From Owenia fusiformis (taxonomy: Eukaryota): DNA of 64,000 nucleotides. A model generated the notes under the pieces. The model did no database searches and was not told where the DNA came from. It saw only the letters and a program-made list of their open reading frames with translations. Positions 1 through 12,800 of the stretch are shown here, piece after piece. Within the stretch, counting starts at the first letter, position 1, and each line of letters begins with the position of its first letter. The stretch covers positions 41,602,001 to 41,666,000 of the forward strand of contig CAIIXF020000001.1 in assembly GCA_903813345.2 (NCBI GenBank), written 5' to 3'. Made by a program: the position numbers and the translations under genes.

Positions 1-748
1 GAAAGAGCAGACAAAAGTATACATCCGTGTCGGTGTAGGTCACTGAATGTCAGTTGAAACCTCAAAAATGCACAGATTTCAATATGTATTAATTCCAAAT
101 ATTTCGTTATTTGTCAATTCTCGCAATTTTAACGTGAAACGCAAAGTAAAGGCATAATGACCCAAAAATCATTGCTTGGGAGTTGAACATACAGGTTTTT
201 AGCCCAGCTGTCTTAGCCTCCTTCGCCCCTACCCCTCAGGGAACCAAAGGGACATATTAGTTAAATTACTGCATTAAAGACATATGTTAAACCACATAAT
301 TGTGCTAATTTCTGGGTGGTATGGGTGGTATTACTAAAAAAAATTACTGACACATTTTTTGAGGTGTGACAAATCCAATTAAATATGAAAATGCAGTATT
401 TCGGTTAAAAAAGGTGTAAGAAACATGGCTATTATGATAAAAAAAAAATACCACATCGAAGCGGGATAGTCAGATAGGCAAAAATAAACTCCTATTTTCG
501 GAAAAAGAAGTGACATATTAGCAGTGAACGGGAAATTTTTAGGCACTATGACATCATTGTAGTCTAAGCTATGATTTAATTGGCCAATCTCCATTTTTGG
601 GGTTTGGAGATTTGATATAGAGGGAAAACATGACAAAAATATCCATACATGAAATAATTCAGTAGCATATGCACCCATGGTAAATAGAAATGCTCTTGTA
701 TTTATCACATTTGAAAAGTGCTATATTGTCACCTTGTGCTGATGCGTG

Positions 749-999
749 CATCCTCCTATCACAGGGCTTCAACATCCAGAATATCTTCTTTCTTTTTACC
801 CCCTGCGAAAAGCAGTTAGCATTTCCCCGATTAAGAACTCGCAATTTGATTCGCTGTTGCAACATTGTGACAGCAATCATGTATACGTCATCGGCGCATG
901 ATTAGATCACGTGATTCAGTTTTATCGGGCGAAATTCCAAATTGGTTATTGCAGGGGGAAGAAGGAGGTCAAGATTCTGGACACCTGTTTTGGAGGATG
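749..999. mobile_element. ~250-bp non-autonomous DNA transposon (AcademH-like or MULE-like MITE) in the geminin intron
   Basis: TIR CATCCTCC (749) / GGAGGATG (999); flanks TGATGCGTG (740-748) and TGATGGATG (1000-1008) form a decayed 9-bp TSD (7/9); inverted homologue at 40191-40436. Confidence 0.75.
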
Positions 1000-1395
1000 T
1001 GATGGATGTGAACGAGGATGTTTGGAAGGCTTGAATTACTTGTCCTTTTAACTTGAAATTTTTACAGATGCAAGAGCTGACCGTGTCAAGATCTTAATAT
1101 GTTTTGGGCATGCTGGGTAATTTACAAGGTGGCTAATTTGAATTTCAATTGCGATATTCATCACTCTGTGTCTTGTTGAATATGTACAGAACAACTCATT
1201 TTATTTTTGTTTTTATAAGTATTTGTTATTTCATAACAGTATCAATTCAAATATACATAATATTGCATGAAAACAATGAAACAGGACAGAGAACCTGATA
1301 TTAGGATCTAGACACTAAAATCATTAGAGATATCATATAAACGTCATTATGATATTTTGTTCATCACATATACTGTAATTTTTATATACTTCCAG

Positions 1396-1485
1396 TTGCA
1401 CCAAAAAGTTGATTTGCTGAAAGTGGAAAACCAGAATCTACAAAAGATGGCAGATGAGGCAGAATACTTGGCAGGAATTTTAAAG
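1396..1485 (+). CDS. GMNN: Geminin-like gene, penultimate exon (coiled coil, 30 codons)
   Basis: ttccag acceptor ending 1395, AAG|gtaacc donor at 1486; 90 nt open frame with heptad pattern; not in the ORF track. Confidence 0.7.
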
Positions 1486-4400
1486 GTAACCACTTGCTCG
1501 CAACAATGGCCAGGGTGTCCTGTATAACAGAAAACTATAATCTTCATACTAAATTATACATATAATATTGATACTAGTGTTTTGAATTGAAGTGAATGGG
1601 ACACAATGGTGTATATCTGTTAATGTTTTGATAGAGACTATTATTGTGGAAATAGTGTATTATTTGTGAGGGGCTTAATGAGGTGGTTATTAGGTATCAT
1701 AGATGCACTTTAGATTGATGCATATTGCCTCACTTCCCTTTCTAGAATAGCAGGAAAAACAGTCTGCATGGTGCATTCCTATAAGTGTTATTTTATTGTT
1801 CTCTGTAAATAGACAATTCACATTTAGGTAGGATGGCGGGTTAAGGGCCATTTTATTTAAAGAAAACATTAATTTTAGTTGCGGAAAAGTACTAAGTGCA
1901 GAATACTCTTTCATGAAACTTGACATATTTCTGACTTTTTTGAAATATTTCAAGACTTAAAACAATTTAGATTAAAGATATGATATGAAAAAGGCATGCT
2001 GATTTTTAGTTATGCCCTTTTTTCTTTGCAGATCTTAAGACTAGACTTCAGGCATGACCACGATTACATATTTGTTGGGTTGAGAAATTCACTTTGGTCT
2101 ATTGATTAGTTATTTATGTTGGAGTTAGGTATGCCTAGTTCTTTGATATCAGCGAGGGTCACTTTTGTTTAAAGGAACTTACTTGTTTCATGTTTGACTA
2201 TTTGAACAAAACACATTTCATATTATATCTGTTAACGGTGAATTCAGGTCAGTTATGTGTAGAAAACAATGTATGGTATTCCATGTATGCTTCTTAAGTT
2301 GTAATTCCAGCCCTCTTTCATGTATGTAGCATTCAAAACAAGTTAAACTTACATTTATCTGATCTTATTAGATCCAAGAAAGGATGAAATACATCACTGT
2401 CATTCAGTTGTCTATCTGTCTGGTTTTGTCTTTGATTTGTGCCCTGATACAAAGTTTCATAATTTTGATTGTTCAGTTGAATATAACTTAAGGAATGATG
2501 TCCAAATTTTGACACATGGAAATGAAAAGTTAATTTCTTAATAGGTTACTCGGAAAATGTTTTTTGCCATTTTCTTTATTGCAATTTTTCAACAAATAAA
2601 AATAAATAAAAAATATGGCATATACTTTAATCGAAAATAACTTAAAAACCCGATCAGATTCTCATTGGCTTCCTCAGAGTTTACCTCATGTCAAGTGACG
2701 GTGATTCCCTTCAGCGGAGGAAAGCTCAAATTGTGTTCAATTCTTATAATTGTTTGGTCCGTTGACTGGTTTGTACTCACACCTTTGCTATGTAAAGTAC
2801 ACCCCAAAAATCATTAATAGATGATGTACCTTTGCTGTGCATACTTAGCTTGGAATAATACTCTCCCGATGAGGGGTATGACAAGAGCAAATTGCAAAAT
2901 ATGCATGGAGTTCTATTCAGAAGTCCATTGTTTTAGCTCTCACGTGAGCCAATATTTTTTCTTTGTTTTGTGAACTTGGAACAGTTTCTTTCTTATTCAT
3001 GATTCACAACGAGATATCATCATTTAGGTTCAGTGAGTTCATCTTGCCAAGTGAGAATTACTTTGCTTTTGAATTCCTAAAATTGCCTCATGTGCTTACC
3101 ATTCTGGAAGAACCCATATCTTATTTTAGGAAAATACCTACATACGAAAATTCATGTGTTTCGTAACTGGATATCCATTTTTTTTATTTTCATCCCTTAT
3201 CTTCCATAAAATGGAATGGGATGTTTCTAGTAACAGAATGAGGTGAAAAGTATCAGAATGAGATGTTATGGATTATTTTGAGTATTATATTGGTTAATGA
3301 GAGAAACACAGAATGAAAATTTGTGCTGTAATTATGAAAATCTGTGCTGTAATTGTGAATAACTACATTCATATCCAGTCATTCAACCCCCCCCCCTCCC
3401 CCTGTTGAACAGAGCTTGTCAAATCTGATGATTATGTGGCAGTTAAGATGAATAATGCTTATTCTTAATTACTCTGAATCAGTCCATTGTTATCACATTT
3501 AGTTAATTGTAAATAACAATATGATACATTATAGGAAATCATTATTAATTAAACTATGGTGAACCATTGAACTGCATTGTATGATTCATGCGTGAACTGG
3601 ACCCCAGGCATATCAGAGAGGTGTGGTGGCTACCCATTTGAAAAATACCACAGATATCATTGATAATGCAAATAAAATGGGAAAAATGCAATTTTCATGG
3701 AATTAATGTAACAACTTTGTAGTTTACACTCCAAATTATTAAGAAATATTAGAAAATCATATAGTGCATTGGGAGATTTATAGAGAAATTAATAGGGAAA
3801 AATCTGGAAAAATATTTGGCACGGGTCTAAGATACCCCCGGGTTGTTCCAGGCTAGTTCCAGGTACTTCCTTTTATAAATCATGCAATATGAGTTCATTG
3901 TTATGATTGTTGTCACTCATTGTTCTGTTTGAGATACATAATAAAACCACATGGACCCCAGGATAGCAGGAAATTGAGAACAAGAGCTCACAGCAAGTCG
4001 CGGAAACAATTGTTGTTGCATACGAATGGACAATAAGAGTTATTGTTTGATATATACCTGAGAATTATAGATTATCCCAGGGTATAGTGACAGATTAGTC
4101 AAGTTCAAAGACAGATGTTCTTAATTGAATAGTTTTAATCAAGATTTATTTTACTGATTTTCAAGAAAGGTAGTTTAGCAATGCTTGATGTGCTTTATGA
4201 TGCCTGGGAACTTAGTAATATTTAATACTTTTTGTAATGCTTGATGCACTTTGCATATATCTGTGAAATGCAATCTACAAAACAAGAGCAGAGCATTGCA
4301 ATTTTGCAAAAATTTTGCAGATTTATCAATGAAATAATGTCATTGTCTTGCTTGTACAAATTAATAAATTTATAATTAATAAATATATTCAAGGTAGTTC

Positions 4401-6554
4401 AAGATTATAAGAAGCATGTCGACTGTCGAGAGGTATTTATTTTTTGAAGTATGGTAAGATTGGATCCATTTTATGAAGTATACTTAGATATGTATTTTTT
4501 TAAATCTGGTCTGATAAGGATCCATTTTATGAAGAATGGTCAGATTGAATGCACTTTATCGAGTACAATGCATGGTAAGATTGGATGCATTTTATGAAGT
4601 ATTGTAGGATTGATTGCATTTTATGAAAAATGGTAAGATTGAATGCATTTTGTGAAGTATGGTAAGATTGAATGCATTCTATAAAGTATGGTACGATTTG
4701 ATCCATTGATGAAGTTTTGTAAGATTGGATGCATTTTATAAAGTATGGTAAGATTCAATGCATTTTATAGAGTATGGTAAGATTTAGATGCATTTTATGA
4801 AGAATGGTACGATTGGATACATTTTATGGAGAATCTTAAGATTTGATGAATTTTATGAATCATGGTAAAATTGGATGCATTTTATAAAGTATGGTAAGAT
4901 TGAATGGATTTTAAAGAGTATGGTAAGATTGACTCCATTTTATAAAGTATGGTAAGGTTAATTATGTTTTTATCTCAATAAATATCTCAATTTTTTAAAT
5001 TTCCCAACAGTGTGCTCACTTGTTACACCCTTTGCTTCAATTTTGAGGTAATCACTAGGGTTGTTATGTCTTTTCTTTATGCAAGTGTTACCTGATGTGC
5101 CTTCTTGATGCTGAAGCTCTCAGACCCTGTGAAATATGTATAATATTTCCTTTCAGTATGTGTTTATATGGCTATAAAATATCAATGCATATTGTACCTA
5201 AGAACTCCTGAATGTTAAAAGGCAAGAATTCTTGTGATCTTTGACTGAACTGGTGTTGTAAGTACTATAGATATTAACCTGGGGAAACCTTCCATACTTC
5301 GGTTTAAGGACATTCTCCCAAAATACCCTTTTCAAAATCAATAATGATTGACTTTGCCTCATGCTCTTTACAAGTACCAATATTCACGTAAACTTACTGA
5401 GCCTATCAGAGGTTGTCATACCTCAATGATGGTTATTTCCAAGCATGGCTCTTCAGCTCTCTCTGATTACTTGAATGCCAAATTATATAATTATCCATTC
5501 TAATCAGAGTGTAGTATTTTAACTATAAGATCAGTGGAATACCAGAAGTATCCATGCAACAGGTGCTTGCAACATGAGGAGCATGCTTACTAAGAGTGAG
5601 CCAGTGCCCAGTATATCAAAGACACTGAATTACCCTACCCTGGATCTGCTTAGCTGATCTACCCTCTGACTTTGTAAAGGATTTACATACTTAAAAGATC
5701 TTAACAGTCTTAACTCTCGAGTTGAGCTGTCGTGGACTTTTATATAAGTCTAAAAGTGAAATGAATATCGTTATTTTAAAGATTGCTTACTACAGAAAAT
5801 TTAGTTTGATTATCTGACGAGCACTCAGATTAGATATGTAAGTTCAAAGAAAAAAGTTTCGCAAATTTAAAGATTGGAGATAAAACTCCTGTGCAGGGTT
5901 GAATTTCCCTTGTGCCAGGGAACCTTGTTTCAGGGCATGTTATTGGAATCTGATTCTTTACAGAAGAATTTGTTTTCTAAATATTTAGTACAGGTCATCC
6001 AAAATCAGTACATTTTATCTCAACTACAAATCTGTAATAATACAAGTCTGGTCAATTTTTATTTCTGCATATTTTTTAAAAATGTTGCCCCTATTCATTT
6101 TGTTTGTTACATTTGTTCAGGTTGAATAAAACTTAATAATATTTTGTTTTGTCCTTTTTATCACAACATATTGAAATGTTTATATGAAAAGGAAAGTAAC
6201 AATAAATGTATTTATTTATTATTAAGATATGCTCTTCTATATGAGGAGCAATCTTAAATCTATATTAAGGTGTGTCTACAGTCAGTTACACACTGACATA
6301 CATCCATGTTAAAATTTAAAGTATATTTTCAGGAATTGACGGAAGAAGCATCTGACGACTCAGAAGAACCTGCTGTTAAACAAAATGAAAATAAGGACTC
6401 CGTAAAAGATATTAACCAATTAAAAGATCTCGAAACTACTAGTGAATCTGAAACTGATTCTGAAAAAAGTGATTTCAATTTCAAGACAAAGGACGGTTCA
6501 ACTCCAAAAGCTGATGATATCGAATCAACCCAGGAATCTAGTGGAGAACTTTAG
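1396..6554 (+). CDS. GMNN: Geminin-like DNA replication licensing inhibitor, 3' part of gene: join(1396..1485,6333..6554); 5' exons lie upstream of the window
   Basis: Spliced product LHQKVDLLKVENQNLQKMADEAEYLAGILK|ELTEEASDDSEEP...SSGEL* resembles the second half of the geminin coiled coil followed by an acidic low-complexity tail; canonical phase-0 GT/AG junctions. A geminin-family paralogue cannot be excluded. Confidence 0.65.
4435..4960. repeat. 29-bp minisatellite, roughly 17-18 diverged copies (GAAGTATGGTAAGATTGGATGCATTTTAT)
   Basis: Direct tandem repetition read from the sequence, in the geminin last intron. Confidence 0.9.
6333..6554 (+). CDS. GMNN: Geminin-like gene, terminal coding exon (acidic tail)
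   Basis: ttttcag acceptor ending 6332, in frame with the previous exon, TAG stop at 6552-6554. Confidence 0.7.
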   Translation, partial: ELTEEASDDSEEPAVKQNENKDSVKDINQLKDLETTSESETDSEKSDFNFKTKDGSTPKADDIESTQESSGEL

Positions 6555-7794
6555 AATTGATCATCTCTTTTTATCATCCTAAATCAAATCCATGAAACCA
6601 TTATCAATTTATGAAAATGAAATATTGAATGGGTTTGTTTTTTGATTCAAGGTGGGGTGACCATTATGAAAGATGTCTCTGGCGAGCAAGCCATATTTTA
6701 ATCTAAGGGTATTTGTATATCAATAATATTAGTTGAGTTGTTTATCTGATGAATTTACGAATGTTTTGATATATGAGTGTAATGCGTTCATGTGAACTAT
6801 TTGGTTCAACGTCACAACCCACTGTGCACTGTACACCATGTACAGATAAAGTCATTCAAAAACACCATATGACGTATGTAACACTAGATTAGGATCAAAA
6901 CAAATTAATCTAGTGATGACGTATTGATTTGTTGATATTTTGCAATTTGGATTATGTAATAGTTTTGCAATTTTCAACATTGCATTTATTACCCTTAATT
7001 CACTTTGCACATGCTTCTAGGATTTGAGGGATTACATATGATGACTAATATTTGTTTTTATTATTCATTTGTTTAATATATGTTTACTTAATTATACATG
7101 TAAAACATTTTGTAACAAACATTTGACAAAAATTGCGATTTTAAATGCGATTTTTAAAAATTAATTTGTCAAAATTATTTTTCGTACCAATATATGAACT
7201 TTTATTCACCTATTTTTTTTTAAAAAAGACATGATGAATTTAGATTTTTTTCTTATTTGCAAGGAACATTTGTTTGTTACATAGTGTTCCAATTACCCCA
7301 TATACTAGAAATTCCTAATGCACTGATCCATGTTACCTGTAATTTGATAAATCATTAATTGTTTTAGTCAATTACGTGAGATACATTGCATACATTGAAG
7401 GCATACCTAATGGCAACGAAACTCAGTGAACCTGTTACACACCTCTACATGCATTCCCTGAATATTTGCTGTCAATCAGAAAATTCCGCAATAACAGATA
7501 TTTTACCAGAGATACTTAAGGAGCGATTTGCATTCTTTTTAAAAATAAAGTATGTTTACTCTCTTGTAATGAAACTACTAATTTGTCAGTCACATGTCAC
7601 ATTCGAAATTGGAATTTAATTTAATTTGATATGGTTTTATCACTGACACATTGGTTTTAATCTCCTAAATGCGATACAATTTAAGTATACTATTTCTTTT
7701 ATAATGAAAGAAATCTAATCTGGTCTTTGAAATAGTAAGGAATACCATCCAGTGTGAGTATTTGTAAATATTACGGCCAAGGAATGTGCCAGCT

Positions 7795-8400
7795 TTGCTA
7801 ATTGGATTCTGGAATTTTTGACCAGAAACAAATTGTCCTGAATCTGGAAAGTCTGCACTGAGAAATCAGAGGTTGTGGTGGTTTTACCGAGAATTTTACT
7901 TGTGAGATTGACATTTAGGTTGACGTGAAATATCAAAAATCAGGAAAGTCAATTAGGGAGGATGTAAATTAGTTTGGGAATATTTTGATCAGAAACAAAT
8001 TGTCCTTACTATGGTAAATCTGCACTGAAATCAGAGGGGGGGGGGGGTATTAAATGAAGTTGACATGCAAATCAATTGGGAAATATTTTTAGATTTAAAT
8101 TTCGATTGCAAATTGGATTCCTAAACATTTTGACGTGACACAAATTGTCCAGATTTTGATAAACCTGCCACCAAGTGTCCAGATTTTGATAAACTTGCAC
8201 TTGGTACATAGTGGAGGGGGGTAGTTTTTATCAGGATACCAACTTGGGAGATCCTTTAGTGCTGACATGTAGTATTTAAAATCAGGCCAATCAATTGGGA
8301 AATATTTTTAGATTTGAATCTAAATTCAGTGAAATTCTAGGTGCAGATGCCTGGATAGTGCGGTCAATGTACATGATAACCTGTAGATTGGCGGATATCT
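7795..8400. repeat. Degenerate tandem repeat (about 150-190-bp units with CAAATTGTCC / CTGCACTGA / TTGACAT motifs)
   Basis: Recurring blocks such as agaaacaaattgtcc...tctgcactga and aatcaattgggaaatatttttagattt. Confidence 0.55.
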
Positions 8401-9097
8401 ATACGATACCAGATTTTTATTTAAAGATGGTGCTCCGAGCTGTACTGTTAAAAATGCCAGGAATTTCATTTGAAATCTAATCCTGTTTTCTTTGGCTGTG
8501 GTTGGTGAAAGTGTCAAAAGTCAGTATCACGGAAACCACAAACCATTCACCTGTACATACTTTCACTGTCCAATATTGACTTCACACAGTCGATACATTT
8601 CATTTTGTATCACTAATATTATTTTTAATCTTGTTTACCTTCATGTCAAATATGATATTTTCTATTTTAAGCTAAAACTGGCAAATTAAAAAAAATTGGT
8701 TAATATTTTTCTTCGGTGCACTGAACCTTAATTAACCACAAGTACAGATTTCAAATGGAATTTGTGTCGGTCGAAAAAACATGTAAATTTTATTGGTTGT
8801 TTTTGTAGATTAGATTAAACTATGTGTGGAGTATGCGATTTTATGTCTAAATTTCAGGATTATTTTGATGTGATTCAACCACTGAAAATTTTATTTACAA
8901 ATGGGTTAGGTATATTGACGTGCATTTTGTATAATTACTAGGAAGTTATTAAGTCAAGTGTAACGAAAGAAGAGATCTTAGATTATCTTGTATCCTAATT
9001 CAGTGCTACTGTTGGTCAACAAACAATATGCTGTAATTTTAGTTTTTTACGTTTTATTCAATATTGTATTCTCGTTGAATGTACTCAAAATGAGTGA

Positions 9098-9103
9098 AAT
9101 AAA
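9098..9103 (+). terminator. Candidate distal poly(A) signal of the geminin-like transcript
   Basis: AATAAA followed by GT-rich TGTGTGTTTTCT; a more proximal AATAAA is at 7544-7549. Confidence 0.35.
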
Positions 9104-9310
9104 CAATGTGTGTTTTCTATTTACAATATGTACAGTCTAGCCTTAGTGGCTTATAATTTAATCTAGATGATGAAAATGTATATATTAATTATGTACAGGG
9201 TGACTCTTAGTACATGTACATCTGTTATGTACTATTGAAAATGACAATTTACATGATGACAGATATTTGCACTGTTTACTTTGATTTTGGCTCAATCTTG
9301 GATGGAGCGT

Positions 9311-9849
9311 TTAACTGATATTGAAATACTCTTTATATTCTTTGAACGCTATGTTTAATGAGTCTTGAGTGAGTCCATACTCTTGCAATGAGTATATATG
9401 CTTCCCGTGTTTGTTGTTTGGTCGAGATATGAGGTATTGTTTCATGTTCTTTTCAAATTCAGGTGTAAATTCCAGATTGAAAAAGTCATAAATGTTTTTC
9501 ACAACTTTGATGGGGTCTTTTATAAGGTCATCGTACATGACATCTGTGAAGACTCGCTGAGGTGCATTGTTGTTTTGTTCACAGTCAAAGCTCTTTCGAA
9601 CATTGATAAATGTTTTGTTGGATTTTTCAATGAATTCTAAGCTACGTTTTCCAATCCCGTGTGGATCCTGTTGGTCTTCTGTGTAAAATATTTTTGAGAG
9701 TGTCGTGAACATACTAGCTTGGGAGGGCGTAATTGTTTCTGGACGTCTCACCGTGTTCACTATACACGCATCCGGGAAAATTTCCAGCAAACTGTCTGTA
9801 AACAGCATATGTAGGGAATCTTTGCGAACAAGCCGTTTGTGACCGTTGC
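9311..9849 (-). CDS. Sulfotransferase exon 5 (terminal)
   Basis: tttcag acceptor, GNGHKRLVRKDSLHML...YKEYFNIS*, TAA at 9311-9313. Confidence 0.9.
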
Positions 9850-12800
9850 CTGAAACAGAAGAAACCAGGCTCATGAATTATAAATACATTCAAAGGATAT
9901 TTGAGTGAGAGATAGCAAACATTGATCAATTAAGAATCTACTTGAGTTATTTGGTAGTTGGTACCCAGTTAGGTCTAGAGTAATTAATTACTGAATGAAA
10001 TGGCACTGAATTGGCAAAAAGCCCATAGTTTACCACCAGCATTGACATTGAACTGATTATCAATATTTACATAATTCAGCCGGGGATTGTGTCATACTTT
10101 ATAATGCTATATACCTGGATGGAATATCTGATAATTCTCACGTTAATAAAAAGTTAATGAAACATTTTATATTATGATTCTTACCTTGATGGTATGCGAG
10201 AAGCTGCATTTCCCGGTTGAAATATTCATACATTTTGCGTGCTTTTTCTTTTGGCATGTTTTGGTACCAGGTTGCGTAAGGTTGCATTGTTTGGCATACA
10301 AGTGGTTGCCACTTTGAAAGAAATATTCGGTCCATTGCGACGCAACATTCTTCGCTATCTGTAGCCTCGACCTGGTGTTGCTTTCGAATTTCCGGCACCA
10401 ATGCTTCCATGAAGCCTAGAAATACAAAAAGCAGACACATTAATTATTATATTTTATCAGAAGATTTTTGAACTTTTTATGTTTGACATTAGTTCGCTAT
10501 TTATAGTGAAAGGTCAGATATGTTTAGTTAGTGCAATTAATACAAGTTTACTTATCTCAACAATTGGCATATCATCAAAAATGTAAAACTGAAGTACTTA
10601 AAATATGTTGGTGGAGTATAATGACTGGATAAATAATCTCGAAGAATAGAAAACTATGTTGCACTCATTTTTTTGAATCGGTTAAACAGTTATGAATTGA
10701 AAGAAAAATAATATTTATTTGACTTTTGCATTGTCCTATGTTCATACACCTAGTAACATTGCGATAGTTTATATCTGATATTTGTATTGTTCCAAGTTTC
10801 TTTCACTTTGGAGTGGTATAGAGTACAAAGCGCCATTCATTTGATTTTTTAGCTCATTTATGAATTTATACAAATGTTATAAATGTACTGAGTAACTTTC
10901 ATGATCAGGTCAACCTGTCATAAATCTTACTTTTTGAAATTTATTGCCAGAAAAAAGTATTCAAAGTAAACTCTGATGTAATATGTTAATGTCCTTCGCT
11001 CACATTCTGAACTTGTTGAATCCCAATTGAACTGATTTACTTAAAATGAAGGGCTGTTGAGTCTTGACAAAGTTGTTTTACATGCTGACTTCAAACAATG
11101 AAATCTATATATATCTTGGTGGGAGCAGTAGTAGGTTCAATGGGTACATATCATTATATGACCTAGATTAATTAACGATCCCTGATTAGAAAAGTCATCG
11201 AGTCCAAGCCAATAAATCATAGGGCAATGATTGTATTTGCATAAAACTTGCCAAATTATCTATGATGTGTATTTGACGATTTTGCACTTGCTAGAGCATT
11301 GAAAGGTTGACACCTTTTTAGCTGGTTGACAATATGTACATAGCGCTGTACATGGCTCTACATGTATTGTGTCATGTTGCAATGACTTGAACGAACCCTC
11401 AAGTCCACTTTGGCATACTTTGTGAGAGTTTTTTCTCGTTGTAAGATGGCACATAGCCGAGTAGTGGCAGGTCTAAGTGGGGGCCTGTTAGCAGTTTATC
11501 AGAGCCGTTTACCCGCATGCTATCTCTAAATTGTAGAGTTATTATCATTTCTTAGAACAAGGATGTGAGAATTTAACGAGGCATTATAGCAAATGATTGG
11601 ACAATTGGTTAGTTTGTATGCATATTGACTATTGGCCTGAGAGCTCAACAGGATTCTGGCTAAATTCTATTCACTCTAAATAGAAAACAAGTAAATCAAA
11701 GCTCAATTATTTGAGCATGTATCATCCGGTTCCTGTTGTTACTTTCTAAGGCTAGAGTAGCTTTGTGATCAAAAACAAAGTACTATCTTGGAGTAATTAG
11801 CACTTGACTGAATAACTTGTTGATTTGGCCTGCCACCCTCCCAAGTTGCAAATAGAGTGATGAGTTGCATCTTGACTTGTCTTTTGCATTTCGATTTTCA
11901 AAATAGAGGCAACAAGTGCTTAGGATGGATTTGTTACTTACATCGGTCTTTCTTTGACTGTTCAAGTCTTCTATCAGGTGTCCCTGGCACCGGAGGGGCT
12001 GGCTTACGAAGCTGCCAAAGGGGTGGACCGAAGTTTGCAGGGTCGCAGGTCAAAAGGTTAAGCAACAGAGTGCTTCCAGTTCTCATATGGCCAGTTATGA
12101 AGATGGGTCTTTTTAATGGCACCTGAAAATGTCAAAATTCAAACCTAATCAGAATTTTTGTGGTAGTTGGGTTTAACCTTCGGTTAATTAACACACAAAG
12201 TGCCTAAGGTTCTAATAACCAGAAATCAGTGTGAAGATCATTAATTTGTCAGTGGTAGATTAAGAAAATAAATCAATATTAGATCTTTATGGCATTTTAA
12301 AATTTTGAGAGTGACCATAAATTCTAAACCAGAGGTAGATTTTAAGTGCACTTTTTGCTCGGCTGTTGCCATTGAGAACCCAAACAAATATTTATATTTT
12401 CACTTTTTAACTCAAAAGAAATATACCGATGATTAATCCCCCAGGTAATCATTCCAAATAGTTTTCCTTCAATGCAAACCAGAAAATGATGTTTGGCCAA
12501 AATCTGACCACTTTGGTTTTATATTTTGTAAGGGCAGATTTGTAAATAAAGACCCTGGGGCAAAAGCAGGTAACCTGACCAATATCATATTGATATCCAA
12601 CCAGGGCAGGTAAGTTCTCTGGGATTTCCACAATATTTGTACAGCTGTTTGTACAGGTCTCTAATACTCCTCTCCAGCCCTTGGCATTCCCACTCTAAGG
12701 CATGCGGAAACGCTAGCAAATTCCCATTCCCCATATTTCTGGTGTATCATGTTTTGGGGGGTATTTTAAGAAGCCTATTTTTTCTTCAAGTACTGTTTAA

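Noticed and set aside
659..905. ORFs similar to those at 40296-40496
   Set aside because: Similarity is confined to a shared MITE bounded by TIRs and TSDs
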